A DNA stretch of 64,000 nucleotides from an uncultured delta proteobacterium (GCA_963811325.1 CAWEQT010000002.1:316777-380776); one strand, 5' to 3'. Shown: positions 39,197-49,690, numbered from the stretch's first letter. A program made the numbers and translations. Notes: a model not told the origin generated them from the letters alone.

Positions 39197-39224
39197 GGCA
39201 ACCCCGTTAATTTGCGGGGCTGCC
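39197..39224 (-). terminator. hairpin downstream of pstS (possible intra-operon attenuator)
   Basis: ggcaaccccg/ttaatttg/cggggctgcc has a 9-10 bp stem with 1 mismatch. It is followed on the minus strand by GAUUAUAUUUU. Confidence 0.45.
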
Positions 39225-39248
39225 TGATTAAAGCAATTTTCTGAAAAA

Positions 39249-40097
39249 TTATTTTTTGGTTTTTTTCCTTTCTTTAGAAGCTGTAAGCGGCACGAACCCT
39301 TCTTTCTTTACAATTTCCTGTCCTTTAGGACTTTTAACAAAAGCGATAAATTTGGCAACTTCACCCTTAGGTTCACCGTTAGTGTACATGTAAAGTTCTC
39401 GGGACATTGGATATTGTTTGGATAATGCAGTCTGTGCCGAAGCCATGACGCCATTTACTTTCAGTCCCTTAACACTGTTATTCACATAACCCATACCAAG
39501 ATAACCGATAGCATATTTATTTTTAGCAACCGCTGTGAGTACTGCTCCGTTGGATGCCAGCATCTGTGCGGTCTGAGCAACTCTGGCTTTTTTCATAACA
39601 AAGTTATCCCATGAATCGAATGTGCCAGAGGAAGAATCTCTGGAGATAACGATTATTTTTAAATCAGCGCCACCTACTTCCTTCCAGTTGGTAATTTTCC
39701 CCTGATATATCTGGCTTAACTGATCAATTGATAAACCTTGAACATTATTTTTCGGATTTACCACCGGCATAATTGCATCATAGGCTATAACATGGGCAAC
39801 GGGTTTAACTCCCTTGGATTCGGCCAATTTGATTTCTTCTTTTTTAATCTCTCTGGAGGAATCGGCAATATCAGTGGATTGATCGATTAATGCTTTGATT
39901 CCCTCACCGGAACCTCCGCCCGATAAAGAAATCTGGACGCCTTTATTTTCTTTCATATAGGCTTCGAGCACAGCCTGCGCTATGGGTAAAACGGTTGTCG
40001 ACCCTTTAATTACTATGGAATCGGCAGCAACAGCGAGGCTACCCATAAAAGTTACTAAAACCATGCTGAAAATTATTTTCTTAACAATATTGATCAT
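39249..40097 (-). CDS. pstS: phosphate ABC transporter substrate-binding protein PstS
   Basis: 282 aa with a signal peptide and PBP-fold motifs (GSTTVLPIA, SGGGSGEG, SRDSSSGT). Confidence 0.9.
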   Translation of the reverse strand: MINIVKKIIFSMVLVTFMGSLAVAADSIVIKGSTTVLPIAQAVLEAYMKENKGVQISLSGGGSGEGIKALIDQSTDIADSSREIKKEEIKLAESKGVKPVAHVIAYDAIMPVVNPKNNVQGLSIDQLSQIYQGKITNWKEVGGADLKIIVISRDSSSGTFDSWDNFVMKKARVAQTAQMLASNGAVLTAVAKNKYAIGYLGMGYVNNSVKGLKVNGVMASAQTALSKQYPMSRELYMYTNGEPKGEVAKFIAFVKSPKGQEIVKKEGFVPLTASKERKKTKK

Positions 40098-40145
40098 TTT
40101 CTATACCTCCCTGATTTTAAATTTAAAGTATTATAAATATTAAAT

Positions 40146-40163
40146 GTTACAGTTTGATGACAA
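40146..40163 (-). promoter_or_regulatory. Pho box of the pstS promoter
   Basis: The minus strand reads TTGTCAT-CAAA-CTGTAAC. It is followed 10 nt later by TATAAT, and then by GGGAGG and the ATG (40097). Confidence 0.75.
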
Positions 40164-40236
40164 AACGATAAATAAATGAAAATAAATTATGGTTACTTTA
40201 ACAATACGAATGATTTTGTCTGTCTTGACATGGAAA

Positions 40237-41289
40237 CTAAATATTCTTTTCTATGATTTGGATGTTTATTGAAGAGCAGGTTACGCTACTCTTGCCGGCA
40301 TAAACAAAGGCAACTATCCATAAAACAACCAGGAAAATAATTAGACCGGGATTCCAGAGAGATTTAATACCAATTAACAAATTGGGCAAACCGCTATCAG
40401 GCTCTTTAATAAATGGAACCACCAGGAGAGTATAACCAATGGCAAACAATATCATAATCTGGTAAGCAGAAATGAAACCTTGCCCCCGATAATCGGCCCG
40501 CAGGAATTCGGAAGCAAAACGCCATCCCTGCGTTATTAAAAGCGCGATTATCAAAGCTGCATAGGCCGTACCTCTCAAAAACAAGTAAAAGCTAATAAAC
40601 CCCGCACCAGTATATATAACTGCTGTAAGTGCTTGGATAGGAACAACCGTTTGACCTTCGAGCTGCTGGGCATACGCAATTTTTTTCGTCTTCCCCCGAA
40701 ATACAAAATTCCACTTACGAAAGATTCTTTTAATTAACGGATGACATGCAGAGAGAGGTTTCCCATAACAACAACCGAAACTTATGCAGGCAAGCCGGCC
40801 TATCCCTTCACCGAAAGCATAGGCAACAACTATTGCTGCCATGGTTTCTAACATCGGCACCCGGAACTCCAGCCAGTTACCTAACGTTATATTGACCAGC
40901 CATATGATCCACGGTGCAATCAAGATACCGGCAAAGGAAGCACCTCCTATGGAAAATGTGTGATGTTTCTTTTCCACCAAGCGGGCAATTAAGCGAGAGG
41001 CCAGCATGCAAATTGCTAAAAACGGTGTAACAAGAGATATGGTTCCTGCAATCTTAATGCCCAGCGAACCCATCATTATCAAGAATATGACAACTGCAAA
41101 CAGATAGGCCAAAGCATTAAAAAATCCATAATAGGTTAAATTAATACCATTCCAAATTCCATCTTGCCCCTTGCGCGTAGGCAGACAGGCAAGAACTTGC
41201 CAATTTTCTTCGGGCAGTGTTCTAAAAGCCCATGAGAATAAAACTGCAATCACTCCTGCAAGAACCAATGTAAAGATTTCATCATACAT
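40237..41289 (-). CDS. prolipoprotein diacylglyceryl transferase (Lgt) family membrane protein
   Basis: 350 aa and polytopic. It has the Lgt-family variant motif GRLACISFGCCYGKP and a distal FASEFLRADYRG. This is a family-level call only. Confidence 0.6.
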   Translation of the reverse strand: MYDEIFTLVLAGVIAVLFSWAFRTLPEENWQVLACLPTRKGQDGIWNGINLTYYGFFNALAYLFAVVIFLIMMGSLGIKIAGTISLVTPFLAICMLASRLIARLVEKKHHTFSIGGASFAGILIAPWIIWLVNITLGNWLEFRVPMLETMAAIVVAYAFGEGIGRLACISFGCCYGKPLSACHPLIKRIFRKWNFVFRGKTKKIAYAQQLEGQTVVPIQALTAVIYTGAGFISFYLFLRGTAYAALIIALLITQGWRFASEFLRADYRGQGFISAYQIMILFAIGYTLLVVPFIKEPDSGLPNLLIGIKSLWNPGLIIFLVVLWIVAFVYAGKSSVTCSSINIQIIEKNI

Positions 41290-41695
41290 GATTATAAGAT
41301 ATACCCCTTACAGCTAATCGTCTGCTCTTTTGTTTATTATTAATCTCGCATTTCTCCTGACATTCCACACATAGTTTGCTCATCGGTTCAATTAAAAGTC
41401 TTTTTTCACGAATAACTCTTCCGCAATGATCGCAAATGCCAAACAAGCCTCTGTCAATACGCATAATCGTTTCCTTGATATCGAGAATTAATTCTCTTTC
41501 TCTATCTCTGCAGGTCAATTCAACAAACTTGTTAGTCTCGATTGCTGCTTGGTCAAATGGATCGGCAAATTTACCATCACCATTTTTCATTTTAGAAATT
41601 GTATTGTCCGCACTCGACCAAAGCTCTTCCATCTTTTTCACTAAGGCATTCCTGATAAACTGGATTTTTTCTTGCTTCATAATTATTACCTCCAT
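41282..41695 (-). CDS. dksA: DksA/TraR-family C4 zinc-finger RNAP-binding regulator
   Basis: ADPFDQAAIE (the DxxDxA tip) is followed by RDRERELILDIKETIMRIDRGLFGICDHCG...CVECQ. There is an 8-nt overlap with the downstream gene. Confidence 0.8.
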   Translation of the reverse strand: MEVIIMKQEKIQFIRNALVKKMEELWSSADNTISKMKNGDGKFADPFDQAAIETNKFVELTCRDRERELILDIKETIMRIDRGLFGICDHCGRVIREKRLLIEPMSKLCVECQEKCEINNKQKSRRLAVRGISYNHV

Positions 41696-41723
41696 CCCAT
41701 GATTAAACTAATTTCATTCAGTC

Positions 41724-42728
41724 TCAATGATTGCAAGAACTGGCAATAAATGATCTAACCTTAACATCAGTTTCGACCAGAGATTTACCAAAACCACTGC
41801 TGAAAATACTTTTGGCAGAAGGATAAAACATGTTGGCTGAAATATCATCCGCAAATCGTACTCTATTTTTTTGAAATATGAGGACTACTGTCGAACTCCC
41901 CGGACGGAAAAGGCTTTTGGGAGCACCCTTATTCACAAACATTCCTGTTCCGATAGGAATAGGACTTTCATATTTTTTTTCGCTATAGCACTGAACTATA
42001 TCGCCGATCATTAGCGCAACTACTTCAACCATGGCCACTAAACCAGCTTTAGTTCCACCTTCTATATCGGTATCAATAATGGTAACGAAGCGCTTATTTT
42101 TAGAATAAGGCGTTACAACGGAAACAACGGCATTAGGATTACATGCGTGATAATTGCCCTGAATTTGATAAAAGTCGATAATTTTTCCGGCAACAGGCGT
42201 ATGATTGTAATGATATTTTTCCGGTGTCAACCTGAAAACCGCAAAGTCACCATCCTGAAAGGCTGCAAGCCATGTGCGTTTATCACAGCCAAACATCTCC
42301 TCATAATCAAAGAACTTTCCCTTAACAAACAAACCCGACTCTTCCAAAAATGATCCCAATAGCATCCGGGAATCGGCTGGTGATACAATGGCACGCGGAT
42401 CATTGGGCATGGGACGGCATTCCCAATAACGAATTCTTCGTTCGAATATTTTTCTCAATGAATCCAAACTTTCCGGAGCATCCAGGCATTCTTGCGTTTC
42501 AATATTCAATTGTTTGTGTATATCAAGATAATGCTTCATCCTGGCAGCAAGGATTCCATCATAGTTCATATAACTAAGCACACGCGAAACTCTGGCGCTT
42601 GTCAATTGGCGAAAGAGCCAGGAAGATCGCTCACGGATACTGGCATAAAGAAACTGTACAGCCTGATCGCCGTAGAACTGTTCCGTTTTTATTTGGCGGG
42701 TATCACGCTCGATATAATTATGCTGCAT
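41724..42728 (-). CDS. psd: phosphatidylserine decarboxylase proenzyme (pyruvoyl type)
   Basis: 334 aa. It has IVSPADSRML (an SPADG-like motif) and the self-cleavage region FRPGSSTVVLIF. The start overlaps the upstream ORF by 11 nt. Confidence 0.75.
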   Translation of the reverse strand: MQHNYIERDTRQIKTEQFYGDQAVQFLYASIRERSSWLFRQLTSARVSRVLSYMNYDGILAARMKHYLDIHKQLNIETQECLDAPESLDSLRKIFERRIRYWECRPMPNDPRAIVSPADSRMLLGSFLEESGLFVKGKFFDYEEMFGCDKRTWLAAFQDGDFAVFRLTPEKYHYNHTPVAGKIIDFYQIQGNYHACNPNAVVSVVTPYSKNKRFVTIIDTDIEGGTKAGLVAMVEVVALMIGDIVQCYSEKKYESPIPIGTGMFVNKGAPKSLFRPGSSTVVLIFQKNRVRFADDISANMFYPSAKSIFSSGFGKSLVETDVKVRSFIASSCNH

Positions 42729-45162
42729 AATTTTTTTCCCGATCCTTAATGTCTTGAATTTTTTGATTAAGTTCAGTCTTATAGTGGATGTGCACTAAAA
42801 TAATACTGATCAGTTTCTCCAGCGTATCTCTGGACGCGTTTTCTTCAATGATTTCCCGTTCGGCCTGATTTATAAATTTTGTTGTATTCGTTTCTTTCAA
42901 AACCGTATTGAGCAAACTTCTAACGTCCTGCAATAAACCATCGGATACATGATCCAGTTTGATCATATCTTCGCCAAGAAACTCAAATGCTTCCCGAATA
43001 TGCCGATTGCGGAGATCTGTCCGGTAATATTTCTCTGCCGCCTGATTAAACTTATCGGCAGTCAAATCCAGCGGCGACCTGGCATCAGCCGTGTTAAGAA
43101 TGCCACTTGTTAGCCTGCCGCAAGCAGAATAAAGTTCCGGCTCGTTGAGACGGAGTTCAAGCTCGTCGATGCTCTCTCTCATTGACAGCATTTCAATGAG
43201 ATCTGACGCGTCCTCGCGGAGAATTTTCAACAGCGCCCGCCGGTATTCAATGTTGTAAATTCGCGCGTATCCCGGATACCTTCGACTGGGGCGCACGCGA
43301 TCCGTTTTACTTATAATCTTTTTTATGAAGGTATTGCCGCTTTTGTTATGCACAAAGAAAGTCGGAATGCCTATCGCTGAACCAAAAAATATTTGTCTTC
43401 TTTCACTTTCGATAGAAGGATCATCAGGAATATTATCATGACTTATCTGACCGGAGAAAATATACTTAAATGCTAAAAGATAGAAAAGGTTTTGCATGCT
43501 CACTGCCGGCCCCATATCCTGTGTAAAACTTTCAAAGAGGCTGTAATGACGTCCTTCAAAACCGGAAAAACCCATTACGTCGTATTCGCGAAGCTTCTCG
43601 AGAAGATAAAGCGACATCTTTGTATCAAACACACCAAGATCGGCAAGGTCTTCTTTTAAAGTCTGACTATTGCGTAGTTCACCGTTTAACGCGGGGCTCT
43701 TATCCGTACTCATCAAAACTATCAGATAATCAATTAGCCGGAAATCGGCAATAAAATCTCCCTTTAAACTGAAGGCCGTACTAATTAGATTGTCTATCCA
43801 TCTGGGGCCAAAAGGAGTGATGGACTTGCCCAATATATTCAGATTAGCTTTCTTCTGCCAGCGCCGCCAGAGCATACGCAAATGGGTATAGTCCAATTCA
43901 TGAGGAAGGAAGCCTAGGGCTTTCTCCGGATGAAAATCGTTAAATTCAAGGCGATAGGGAGCAGCGCTGTATGTACCTACAAAAAGCGGTAAAAAATGCT
44001 CGACAATTTTAACAACCAGATCGCCAATGTATTTTTCTTCTCTTCTGGAAAATCCCGAAGAATGATCCTGCAGCATAAGGCTGAGTTTCCGGCTTCCCAG
44101 ACTCACGTGTGTACCATTATTGGCGAGGCTGATATTAGATAAATTAGGCAGTGATACCAGATTACTGGTAATGATTCCTGCTTCCCTGAGTTTCAATACA
44201 GCGTTGAATTGGCTGCGACTCAGAACCCGGTGACACAGATGCATGTATTCATTCTTTTCTTCACCTCTATCCCATCCCGATAAGCAGGGGTTCATGAACA
44301 GTTCACGATAAAAAGCATCAGAAACGCAATTACTTAAAACTTTCTGTCTGGTTGGCGGATGAGGCGATAAAAAGATCATCGCTTTTTGTCCTGTCTCCTG
44401 AAGTGAGTAATTCAGGTTGGCATGCATGATCAACAACTGGCTTAATAAAAAGCGGACCGCCATCTCCTTGGCTGCGGCACGCCCCATACCGGCCTCCGAC
44501 TGCATGAAAGTAACATAGAAAGATGAAGTTTCCGGCGATGTATTGTCATTCAAATAATATTGCATAATATTCAAACCGGTCTTGCTAATCAGAGGATGGA
44601 CTTTCCGTTGCGGATCAATTATCTCCGCAAGAGATAGCTTCAGGAGATAACTAATCGGAACCCGAATATATTCAAGATTATCTTTTTGAAAAATAAATCT
44701 GTTCAAGTCCGACCGTTGACCGGCAGAAATATTTCCCTTGTCCGCCAGCATATCTCGCCGGAAAATACTCTCAGCGAGAACTCCCATCTTATCTCTAGGA
44801 AAACGAACCCAACTGTTTTCCCAGACACCTTCAGTATTTATATTTAAATATTTTTCCAGGTCGGTCATAACTTTTTGGGAAGCATCTCCCGTTTTTGCCC
44901 GTCTTTTAGTGTTGGCAAAGTAATTGGATTGTTCTATTAAAAGGGGCAGGTCAACATTGTTCTTGTTGCCGACGACAACTGTCTGCATTTCCGATTCACT
45001 ACCAGCAGTTGTATCCGAAGGTGCAAAAGGCAATGAGCTGACATTTAAACCTGAGCGATCATGTTTTACACCAATTAGTTCCGATATCTCTCTGATAGAT
45101 TTGGGGGTAATATGGTCTAGTCTTACCAGATAATTAAGCGTGGCAGTGTTTACTTTGCTCAA
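42718..45162 (-). CDS. large soluble protein of unrecognised family (814 aa)
   Basis: A long uninterrupted ORF. The TTG start lies 7 nt after GGAAGGGG. I spotted no TM segments, Walker A, HExxH or HKD motifs by eye. GC content looks native. Confidence 0.7.
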   Translation of the reverse strand: MSKVNTATLNYLVRLDHITPKSIREISELIGVKHDRSGLNVSSLPFAPSDTTAGSESEMQTVVVGNKNNVDLPLLIEQSNYFANTKRRAKTGDASQKVMTDLEKYLNINTEGVWENSWVRFPRDKMGVLAESIFRRDMLADKGNISAGQRSDLNRFIFQKDNLEYIRVPISYLLKLSLAEIIDPQRKVHPLISKTGLNIMQYYLNDNTSPETSSFYVTFMQSEAGMGRAAAKEMAVRFLLSQLLIMHANLNYSLQETGQKAMIFLSPHPPTRQKVLSNCVSDAFYRELFMNPCLSGWDRGEEKNEYMHLCHRVLSRSQFNAVLKLREAGIITSNLVSLPNLSNISLANNGTHVSLGSRKLSLMLQDHSSGFSRREEKYIGDLVVKIVEHFLPLFVGTYSAAPYRLEFNDFHPEKALGFLPHELDYTHLRMLWRRWQKKANLNILGKSITPFGPRWIDNLISTAFSLKGDFIADFRLIDYLIVLMSTDKSPALNGELRNSQTLKEDLADLGVFDTKMSLYLLEKLREYDVMGFSGFEGRHYSLFESFTQDMGPAVSMQNLFYLLAFKYIFSGQISHDNIPDDPSIESERRQIFFGSAIGIPTFFVHNKSGNTFIKKIISKTDRVRPSRRYPGYARIYNIEYRRALLKILREDASDLIEMLSMRESIDELELRLNEPELYSACGRLTSGILNTADARSPLDLTADKFNQAAEKYYRTDLRNRHIREAFEFLGEDMIKLDHVSDGLLQDVRSLLNTVLKETNTTKFINQAEREIIEENASRDTLEKLISIILVHIHYKTELNQKIQDIKDREKNYAA

Positions 45163-45448
45163 ATACTATCCCCTTCCAATATATTTCTTTAGTTTTACGA
45201 AGAGATGATAACTTTTCAATATTTCATTATGATGAAGTAATAGAGAAGATTTGATTAAACATTCCAACAAGAATTATCTGAAAAAATGATTTTCCGGGAA
45301 GCTATCTTTATAAATTCAACTATTTAGAAAGTTTGTGTCAGCTTTTCTATGATTAGATAATGATTTTTCACTTAATTAAAAATATTCATAACTCTGAAAT
45401 AATGGTCTGCACACAGATAGGCCAAACGTCATTTAAGGGAAAGGGGCT

Positions 45449-46147
45449 TTATTTGATTTCGGCAAATTTATAACCGAATCCCCGAACTGTTAAAATGTAA
45501 CGAGGATTTTCTATATCCTTTTCAATTTGGCTGCGCAGGCGGCGGATATGAACATCCACGGCGCGGTCTGTGATAAAAGTATCATCACCCCAAACATAAT
45601 CAAGAAGCTGATTTCTCGAATATACCCTGCCGGGATTGCGGGAGAAAAAGAAAAGGAGTTTGAGTTCCGTGGGGCTTAATGTTACCGGCTTACCGTCAAT
45701 CTTCACGGCGCAAGAGGCGTAATTGATAGCCAGACCCTTGTAATGAAACGCTTCCGGCGCCTTTGTTTCCGGTCTTTCCTGCAAACGCCTCAGAACAGTT
45801 CTTACGCGGGCGACCAATTCTTTGACGCTGAAAGGTTTGGTCATGTAATCATCGGCGCCGATTTCCAGCCCGAGTATCTTATCTAATTCTTCGCCCTTGG
45901 CCGTAAGCATGATTATCGGCAAGTCAGCGGTCGCCGGATTGGCACGAATCTTTTTACAAATATCAAGCCCGTTCATACCGGGCAACATTAAATCAAGAAT
46001 CAGCAGGTCAGGTTTTTTCGTCGCGATTATATTGAAAACAGAGACACCTTCATAGGCTTTTATTGTAGAAAATCCTTCTTTCTCCAGATTATAAGAAATC
46101 AGTTCCACAATATCCTGTTCGTCATCAACAATCAGAATTTTAGACAT
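45449..46147 (-). CDS. phoB: OmpR/PhoB-family response regulator, likely PhoB
   Basis: 232 aa. It has a receiver domain (DDEQD...DLMLPGMNG) and a winged-helix domain (RAVDVHIRRLRSQIE). It lies near the pst-phoUR cluster. Confidence 0.75.
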   Translation of the reverse strand: MSKILIVDDEQDIVELISYNLEKEGFSTIKAYEGVSVFNIIATKKPDLLILDLMLPGMNGLDICKKIRANPATADLPIIMLTAKGEELDKILGLEIGADDYMTKPFSVKELVARVRTVLRRLQERPETKAPEAFHYKGLAINYASCAVKIDGKPVTLSPTELKLLFFFSRNPGRVYSRNQLLDYVWGDDTFITDRAVDVHIRRLRSQIEKDIENPRYILTVRGFGYKFAEIK

Positions 46148-46263
46148 AATAATTTAAACCATTGGCAGGAGATGTGATGAATGTTGCATTTTAAGTGAAC
46201 CACCTCTTTAACTTGTTGCAAAAGGAGCTTACAAAAGTTTGGAACACATCAATGAAATGGAAA

Positions 46264-46530
46264 TTAATCCGGTATGATCTTAAATACCTTGTCGCCGGGC
46301 CGCACACGATCGGAAACCTTAACGCCGATGAAATCGCCGGCTACAGCCTTTTGTACCGACTTATTTTCCACTTCCATAGATTCGATAACATCTGTAAAAT
46401 CAGTAGTATGTCCGGAAAACTTAATGCTGTCGCCTACAGATATTTCTCCGTCCATAATTTTTACCGCAGCAACTGATGGTTTCGAAAAATACTTCATTAC
46501 TTCGCCAATTTTCTTTTCTGACATAATCAA
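46264..46530 (-). CDS. small EF-Tu-domain-2-like protein (translation elongation factor-like)
   Basis: 88 aa with beta-barrel-like sequence GDSIKFSG...AVAGDFIGVKV..RPGDKVF. This is a family-level guess. Confidence 0.5.
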   Translation of the reverse strand: MIMSEKKIGEVMKYFSKPSVAAVKIMDGEISVGDSIKFSGHTTDFTDVIESMEVENKSVQKAVAGDFIGVKVSDRVRPGDKVFKIIPD

Positions 46531-46646
46531 ACCTCCACTGTTATTATATATGCAAACTAATGCTTCAACAAAACAATTAATAGAAATGGCATTAACAAAA
46601 ACGCCTTTTGAAATAAATACATTTTTTGTTACTAAAAAACAACAAT

Positions 46647-46678
46647 AAAAAAGGCAGGGTTTTAGCCCTGCCTTTTTT
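46647..46678 (-). terminator. intrinsic (bidirectional-looking) terminator after rplQ
   Basis: AAAAAAGGCAGGG-ttttag-CCCTGCCTTTTTT lies about 25 nt past the rplQ stop. Confidence 0.85.
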
Positions 46679-46700
46679 AGTCTTTAATTTTATTAACAAG

Positions 46701-47120
46701 CTATTCTGTTGCCTTTGCTTTCACTTTTGCTTTGGCCTTTGGTTTTGCTTTTTCCTTTTTTTTCTCATCAGGAATAAATTCTAAAATAGAAACAGGAGCA
46801 TTATCACCAAAACGATAACCTGTCTTGATAATTCTTGTGTATCCCCCCTCACGGTCGCGGTATCGTTCGGTAAGTTCGCCAAAAAGTTTACCAACTAGAG
46901 TTTCATCCCTGACAACAGCCAAGGCCTGACGGCGCGCATGCAAACTGCCTCTTTTGCCCAAAGTAATCATCTTCTCGGCTATTTTTCTTAACTCTTTTGC
47001 CTTCATGTCTGTTGTACGAATACGTTCATGTTTTATAACAGAAGTCACCATATTACGAAGCATCGCTTCCTTATGGCTGGAAGTTCTGCCTAATTTACTA
47101 CCCGTTTTACCATGATGCAT
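46701..47120 (-). CDS. rplQ: 50S ribosomal protein L17
   Basis: [24 protein letters not shown] is a canonical N-terminus. A Lys/Ala-rich C-terminal tail is present. Confidence 0.95.
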   Translation of the reverse strand: MHHGKTGSKLGRTSSHKEAMLRNMVTSVIKHERIRTTDMKAKELRKIAEKMITLGKRGSLHARRQALAVVRDETLVGKLFGELTERYRDREGGYTRIIKTGYRFGDNAPVSILEFIPDEKKKEKAKPKAKAKVKAKATE

Positions 47121-47197
47121 CGCTGATATCTTCCTTTCCTAACTGATTAAATTAAAAAATAAATCCCTCGCGGCAATATTAAACCGATTTTTTTATG

Positions 47198-48166
47198 CTA
47201 ATTTTCGGAATTAATATCCATTCCAAAAGTAAGATCATATTCGCCGAGAATATCTTTTATTTCGCTTAATGATTTGCGCCCGAAATTCTTTGTTTTGAGC
47301 ATCTCCGCTTCCGTTTTTTTCACTAACTCGCCAATGGTGTTGATTCCTGCATTCTTCAGGCAATTGGCTGAACGGACAGAAAGCTCTAAATCTTCTACCG
47401 AACGCAACAAGACTTTATTTACATTATCTTGTTCATCCAGTTTTTCTGGAATAATTTCTTCCTCAATTTCCTCAAAGTTAATAAACACGTCTAGCTGTTG
47501 TTTCAATATTTTCGCGGAATAAGCAATGGCATCTTCAGGCTTCACACTGCCATCCGTCCAAACTTCCAGTGTTAGTTTGTCATAATCGGCAATTTGACCT
47601 ACGCGCGCATAGGAAACGATATAATTCACTTTTTTAATCGGTGAAAAAATAGCATCGATATTAATTGTTCCTTTAGGTTGGTCAGGCTCAAGTTCCTTTT
47701 TGGCCGGCACGTAACCCTTGCCCATTTTAACTATCAATTTTGCCTTAAAAGAACCGCTGGATATAGTGGCAATATGATGATTTGGATTCAAAACCTCAAT
47801 ATTGCTGTCAGTGATAATATCTGCTGCTGTTACGGTTCCGACACGAGTTACATCAATACTGACTTCTTTCGTGTTCGCCTGTCCCATTTTAAAGCGCACA
47901 CCTTTTAAGTTCAAAATAATATCTGTTACATCTTCCTTAACTCCGGGTACAGTAGAAAACTCGTGCAATACGCCTTCTATCTTAGCTGAAACTATAGCAC
48001 AACCCTGAACAGAAGAAAGCAACACTCTCCTTAACGCGTTGCCTAATGTTATGCCAAAACCCCTTTCCAAGGGCTGAATGGTAAACTCTCCATATAAATT
48101 CGTATGAGTTGCTTCATCAACATCAATACGCTTGGGACGAATCAAACTTGACCAGTTCCTTTGCAT
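47198..48166 (-). CDS. rpoA: DNA-directed RNA polymerase subunit alpha
   Basis: It has an alpha NTD and CTD ([15 protein letters not shown]). ATG at 48166 is preferred over 48178 on SD spacing. Confidence 0.95.
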   Translation of the reverse strand: MQRNWSSLIRPKRIDVDEATHTNLYGEFTIQPLERGFGITLGNALRRVLLSSVQGCAIVSAKIEGVLHEFSTVPGVKEDVTDIILNLKGVRFKMGQANTKEVSIDVTRVGTVTAADIITDSNIEVLNPNHHIATISSGSFKAKLIVKMGKGYVPAKKELEPDQPKGTINIDAIFSPIKKVNYIVSYARVGQIADYDKLTLEVWTDGSVKPEDAIAYSAKILKQQLDVFINFEEIEEEIIPEKLDEQDNVNKVLLRSVEDLELSVRSANCLKNAGINTIGELVKKTEAEMLKTKNFGRKSLSEIKDILGEYDLTFGMDINSEN

Positions 48167-48212
48167 AATTAAACCCATCCTTTAGTAGCTGGTTTATGAA
48201 AATAATTTATTT

Positions 48213-48842
48213 TTACTTCGAATAAAGTTCGACAACAAGTTGTTCCTGTACCGGCATTATTAAATCTTCACGCACAGGCAGTATTTTAATGGAGGCCTTG
48301 AAGTTATCTTTATCCAATTCCAGCCAATGAGGCACACCACGTCTCGCGACCGTTTCAATCGCTCCCATTATACGAGTTATCTTACGGCTGCCTTCTTTAA
48401 CGCAAACTTCATCCCCGGCCTTAAGCAAATATGATGGAATATTAAACGGCTTGCCATTAATTAGAAAATGACCATGACTGATTAATTGCCTTGCCTCAAC
48501 TCTGGAATTTGCAAATCCCATACGGAATATCATATTGTCCATTCTTCTTTCCAAAAGCACAAGCAAATTCGTTCCTGTAACTCCTTTTTGCTTATCGGCC
48601 TTTTCAAAATAGCCTCTAAATTGCTTTTCCAAAAGCCCATACATTCTCTTGAGCTTTTGTTTTTCACGTAATTGTACACCATAATCAGAGCGCTGCTTTT
48701 TATGCGCCTGACCATGATCTCCCGGAACATAATCCCTTCTTTCGAAGGAACATTTTTCCGAATAGCATCTGTCTCCTTTAGAAAATAGTTTTAATCCTTC
48801 ACGGCGACACAGCCTGCATGATGAATCAGTATATCTTGCCAA
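48213..48842 (-). CDS. rpsD: 30S ribosomal protein S4 (zinc-finger type)
   Basis: [16 protein letters not shown]...CYSEKC, with an S4 domain. Confidence 0.95.
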   Translation of the reverse strand: MARYTDSSCRLCRREGLKLFSKGDRCYSEKCSFERRDYVPGDHGQAHKKQRSDYGVQLREKQKLKRMYGLLEKQFRGYFEKADKQKGVTGTNLLVLLERRMDNMIFRMGFANSRVEARQLISHGHFLINGKPFNIPSYLLKAGDEVCVKEGSRKITRIMGAIETVARRGVPHWLELDKDNFKASIKILPVREDLIMPVQEQLVVELYSK

Positions 48843-48891
48843 AAAAAGCCTCCCTTATTCTCTATATTATTATTCGTAATTTACGATCCTT

Positions 48892-49284
48892 TTATACTCT
48901 GCGACGTTTTGGTGGCCTGCATCCGTTATGCGGAACCGGCGTCACATCGCGAATCAGAGTAATAGTAAGCCCGGCAAGCTGTAATGATCGCAATGCCGAT
49001 TCTCTCCCCGATCCGGGACCTTTTATATATACTTGCACCCTGCGCATTCCCTGTTCCTTGGCTTTACGCACAACATCTTCCGCAGCCATTTGTGCGGCAA
49101 AAGGAGTGCTTTTGCGCGAACCCTTAAAACCCTGTAATCCGGATGACGACCATGCAATGACATTACCACTCAAATCAGTTATTGTGACAATTGTATTATT
49201 AAAAGTGGATTGAATATGCGCGATACCATCGGTAATATTCTTCTTTTCCTTTTTTTTGCCAGTTTTTCTGACTGCCTTAACCAT
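48892..49284 (-). CDS. rpsK: 30S ribosomal protein S11
   Basis: [18 protein letters not shown]...[13 protein letters not shown]. Confidence 0.95.
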   Translation of the reverse strand: MVKAVRKTGKKKEKKNITDGIAHIQSTFNNTIVTITDLSGNVIAWSSSGLQGFKGSRKSTPFAAQMAAEDVVRKAKEQGMRRVQVYIKGPGSGRESALRSLQLAGLTITLIRDVTPVPHNGCRPPKRRRV

Positions 49285-49296
49285 TATGCCTCCAAG

Positions 49297-49665
49297 TTAC
49301 TTTTTCTTGCCTGCAATAGCGCGCCGTGGACCTTTTCTTGTTCTTGCGTTAGTGTGCGTCCTCTGTCCATTGACCGGAAGTCCCTTACGATGCCGCAATC
49401 CACGGTAAGCGCCAATATCCATCAATCGTTTGATCGATATGGATATTTCCCTGCGCAGATCGCCCTCCACCTTACCCTCTTTATCGATGATGCCTCTGAT
49501 CGCCGATATTTCGGAGTCGGCCAGTTCGTCAGTTTTTGTATCCGGGTTAACACCCGAATCTTTCAGGATTTGCTTTGCCCTTGTTTTGCCGATACCATAA
49601 ATATAAGTTAAAGCAACTTCCATTCTTTTATTTTTCGGTAAATCAACACCTGAAATTCGTGCCAC
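49297..49665 (-). CDS. rpsM: 30S ribosomal protein S13
   Basis: [14 protein letters not shown]... Confidence 0.95.
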   Translation of the reverse strand: MARISGVDLPKNKRMEVALTYIYGIGKTRAKQILKDSGVNPDTKTDELADSEISAIRGIIDKEGKVEGDLRREISISIKRLMDIGAYRGLRHRKGLPVNGQRTHTNARTRKGPRRAIAGKKK

Positions 49666-49690
49666 CTATAAACCTCCTGAATATTAAAAA

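Noticed and set aside
45163-45448. I searched for a Pho box upstream of the 814-aa/psd operon.
   Set aside because: The best candidate (GTGTCAG-CTTT-TCTATGA on the plus strand, 45333-45350) matches only one half-site. It was not called.
46205-46240. A Pho-box-like sequence upstream of phoB (minus strand, TTGTAAG-CTCCT-TTGCAAC).
   Set aside because: Each half-site matches only 5 of 7 positions, and the spacer is 5 nt rather than 4. It is too weak to call autoregulation.
16311-46672. The two best terminators (16311-16332 and 46653-46672) share the same stem, GGCAGGG/CCCTGCC, preceded by an A-run.
   Set aside because: Only 7 bp plus an A-tract are shared. That is too short to distinguish a repeat family from convergent GC-clamp terminators.
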